56,043 nucleotides of DNA from Dehalococcoidia bacterium (lineage in GTDB: Bacteria > Chloroflexota > Dehalococcoidia > Dehalococcoidales > BS750m-G39), in contig JAUWIX010000004.1 in assembly GCA_030608005.1 (NCBI GenBank), positions 1 to 56,043 of the forward strand, read 5' to 3'. The notes under the pieces were generated by a model. The model saw nothing but the letters and a program-made list of their open reading frames with translations, had not been told where the DNA came from and searched no databases. Each line of letters starts with the position of its first letter. Positions within the stretch are counted from its first letter, which is position 1. The position numbers and the translations under genes are program-made. Shown here piece after piece: positions 53,603-56,043 of the stretch.

Positions 53603-55800
53603 CTAGCCCCTTTATTATAGTAACCCCGTTTATTCTGTGGAGAGCGAACCTCCCGCCGCGTCTTAAATGGGTAGTCTTTAGATAGTGAATCTTCTACCCT
53701 AGCCCCGGGCACCTGAGAAAGCTTTTCAAACACAGCCCGTCGTGATAGGTTTATCCTACCAAGCTCATCAATGTTAATTACCTTAACCGTAACTTCATCG
53801 CCAACTTTAACTATATCCTCAACCTTGGATACCCGATAGTCAGCCAGTTCACTGATGTGAACCAAGCCTTCTTTGCCCGGAGAAATCTCTACCATAGCGC
53901 CGAAGTTCAGCAGGCGGGTCACCTTTCCAGTATAGATGCTGCCAAGTTCTACCTCTTTAGTTAGACCTTCAATAATCTCAATAGCCTTGCGGGCTGCCTC
54001 TTCATTGGGTGAGCCGATAATCACTGTGCCATCATTGTCAATATCAATGCTTGCTTTAGTTTCATTAATAATTGACCTGATTGTTTTACCCCCAGTGCCG
54101 ATGACAGCGCCAATTTTGTCCGGGTCAATAGTTATTTTATACATTCTTGGCGCATAGTGGCTGAGTTCAGGTCGACTGGAGCTGATGGTCTGCTGCATTG
54201 TTTCCAGGATGGACAGGCGAGCCTGGTGGGCTTGATTTAGCGCCTTTCCCAGAATTTCCGTACTTACGCCTTTGAGCTTGATATCTAGCTGTAAGGCACT
54301 GATACCGTTAGCTGTCCCGGCTACCTTAAAGTCCATATCCCCATAGGCATCCTCTATGCCCTCGATGTCAGTTAGAATAACATACTTCCCATCCTCACCA
54401 GTGACCAACCCCATAGCTACCCCGGCTACTGCTGCCGTGGTCGGTATTCCGGCATCCATTAGGGATAGGCTTGAGGCGCAGACACTAGCCATAGAGGTAC
54501 TGCCGCTGGAGCTTAGAACCTCTGAGACAAGGCGGATGGTGTAAGGGAAGTCCTCATCCTTAGGTAGCACCGGGGCAATAGCTCGCTCCACCAAAGCCCC
54601 ATGTCCAATTTCACGCCGACCGGGTGTTCCTACGCGTTTCACCTCGCCACCGGAGAAGGGGGGGAAATTGTAGTGGTGGATGAAGCGTTTAGTCTCCTCT
54701 ATGCCCAGTCCATCAAGCGGTTGCTTTTTCCCGATAGAGCCCAAGGTGGTGATGGCTAGAACCTGGGTCTGACCTCTGGTGAATAGGGCTGAGCCATGGG
54801 TGCGAGGCAGAAGTCCTATTTCGCAACTGATGGGTCGGACATCGGTCAGACCACGTCCATCAATACGCTGTTTCTTATCAAGGAGGTTACCTCTTATTTC
54901 ACCCCTGACCTTTGACTCTAGAGCGGCGATTATATCTTTTTCAGGGAATGACTCGCCCAAACTCTCTATAAGCTCACTCTTTAGATTGCTGAGCGCTTGC
55001 TCGCGCTGTAACTTTTCTGGCTGGCTCAGGGCTTGGGCAAGCTTATCATCAACCATTGGTGAAATTGCTGAGATTGCCTCAGGGTCAACCTCGCTTATAG
55101 GGGCTTCCACCTTAGGTCTGCCCCAAGCCTGCTGGAGCTGCTCTTGGAGTTGGATAATATCTTGATTTGCCTGGTGACCAAATTCTATTGCCTGTAGAAT
55201 AATATCTTCCGAAGCCTCTTTGGCTCCTGCCTCTACCATTACTATCGCTTGCTTGGTGCTAACCACAACCAGGTCAAGCTGGCTGCTTTCAAGCTGGGCT
55301 AAGGTTGGATTTAGTATTAGCTTGTCGTTGATATAGCCCACGTGAACTGCGCTCACTGGACCATCAAATGGTATTGGTGAGATTGATAGGGCAGCCGAGC
55401 CACCGATAACTGCTAGGATGTCGGGGTCGTTTTCCTGGTCAGCGGAAAGGACGGTAACTATAAGCTGAATGTCATTACGCCATCTCTTAGGTAAAAGCGG
55501 ACGCAGCGGGCGGTCAGTAAGTCGGCTAGCTAAAGTTGCCTCTTGGCTGGGGCGCCCCTCCCTTCTGATAAAGCCGCCCGGAATTTTACCGGCAGCATAA
55601 AGCCTTTCTTCATAGTCAACGGTTAGTGGCAGAAAATCTATCCCCTCTCGTGGCTTATCACTGGCGCAAACAGTAACCAGGACTACGGTATCTCCATAGC
55701 GGGTGGTTACTGCTCCGCTCGCCTGTCCGGCGAGCTTTCCTGTGTCTATGATGAGCCTTCTACCGCCAACCTCACACTCAAAAGAATTAGATGATATCAA
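53599..55800 (-). CDS. pnp: Polyribonucleotide nucleotidyltransferase (PNPase)
   Basis: FLPLTVDY.E, RIDGR, RREIGHG, GDMDFKVAG, KH and S1 domains; TTG start at 55800 after GGAGGGG. Confidence 0.97.
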   Translation of the reverse strand: MISSNSFECEVGGRRLIIDTGKLAGQASGAVTTRYGDTVVLVTVCASDKPREGIDFLPLTVDYEERLYAAGKIPGGFIRREGRPSQEATLASRLTDRPLRPLLPKRWRNDIQLIVTVLSADQENDPDILAVIGGSAALSISPIPFDGPVSAVHVGYINDKLILNPTLAQLESSQLDLVVVSTKQAIVMVEAGAKEASEDIILQAIEFGHQANQDIIQLQEQLQQAWGRPKVEAPISEVDPEAISAISPMVDDKLAQALSQPEKLQREQALSNLKSELIESLGESFPEKDIIAALESKVRGEIRGNLLDKKQRIDGRGLTDVRPISCEIGLLPRTHGSALFTRGQTQVLAITTLGSIGKKQPLDGLGIEETKRFIHHYNFPPFSGGEVKRVGTPGRREIGHGALVERAIAPVLPKDEDFPYTIRLVSEVLSSSGSTSMASVCASSLSLMDAGIPTTAAVAGVAMGLVTGEDGKYVILTDIEGIEDAYGDMDFKVAGTANGISALQLDIKLKGVSTEILGKALNQAHQARLSILETMQQTISSSRPELSHYAPRMYKITIDPDKIGAVIGTGGKTIRSIINETKASIDIDNDGTVIIGSPNEEAARKAIEIIEGLTKEVELGSIYTGKVTRLLNFGAMVEISPGKEGLVHISELADYRVSKVEDIVKVGDEVTVKVINIDELGRINLSRRAVFEKLSQVPGARVEDSLSKDYPFKTRREVRSPQNKRGYYNKGAR

Positions 55801-55822
55801 ATAACCCCTCCCTGCTGAATCT

Positions 55823-56043
55823 TTACTTGCGTAGCCCGAGCCTGGCAATTAGACTGCGATATCGACCAACATCCTCTCTGCTCAGGTAGGCTAGTAGCCT
55901 TCTTCTGTGTCCTACCAGCTTAAGCAGCCCACGTTGCGTGTGATAATCATGCCGATTAGCCATCATATGCCCTGTCAATTGGTTTATCCTTTCTGTGAGC
56001 AAGGCTATCTGAACTTCAGTCGAGCCTGTGTCTCCTTCACGGA
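55823..56043 (-). CDS. rpsO: 30S ribosomal protein S15 (5' end outside window; absent from the ORF track)
   Basis: Minus strand reads ..[48 protein letters not shown]...LIARLGLRK*. Confidence 0.96.
   Translation of the reverse strand, partial: REGDTGSTEVQIALLTERINQLTGHMMANRHDYHTQRGLLKLVGHRRRLLAYLSREDVGRYRSLIARLGLRK

Overview
56 kb of bacterial chromosome, most likely from an anaerobic Chloroflexota (Dehalococcoidia-like) lineage. This assignment is inferred from gene order and protein style and was not confirmed by search. The window is mostly housekeeping: alaS (5'-truncated)-ruvX, tgt, aspS-tig-clpP, dprA-topA-xerC-pepP-efp, nusA-ylxR-infB-rbfA-truB, purA, rpsO (partial)-pnp-dapB-asd-dapA and 4 tRNAs. 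It also carries anaerobic metabolism: an archaeal-type DUF39/NIL-ferredoxin/UPF0280 homocysteine cluster, a four-subunit 2-oxoacid:ferredoxin oxidoreductase followed by a NuoEFG/HydABC-like module, a molybdopterin oxidoreductase and an ino1-pimA-pgsA-like inositol-lipid cluster. Small accessory cassettes are slotted into conserved operons: a putative Type II R-M pair, a ParA plus unknown partner, an orphan hicB and a membrane protein. The most striking unexplained structure is a family of nine modular intergenic hairpin elements. They combine GCGAAGC-type mini-hairpins, polypurine/polypyrimidine hairpins and AGATTGTTTAnnAACC-type termini. They supply start codons, RBSs or stop codons to neighbouring genes, and one pair brackets hicB together with a duplicated aspS promoter. 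No cognate mobilising enzyme is visible in the window. Other oddities are a 30-aa tandem-repeat insertion inside AlaRS, topA lacking a canonical start codon, and pimA/pgsA in frame across a single TAA.
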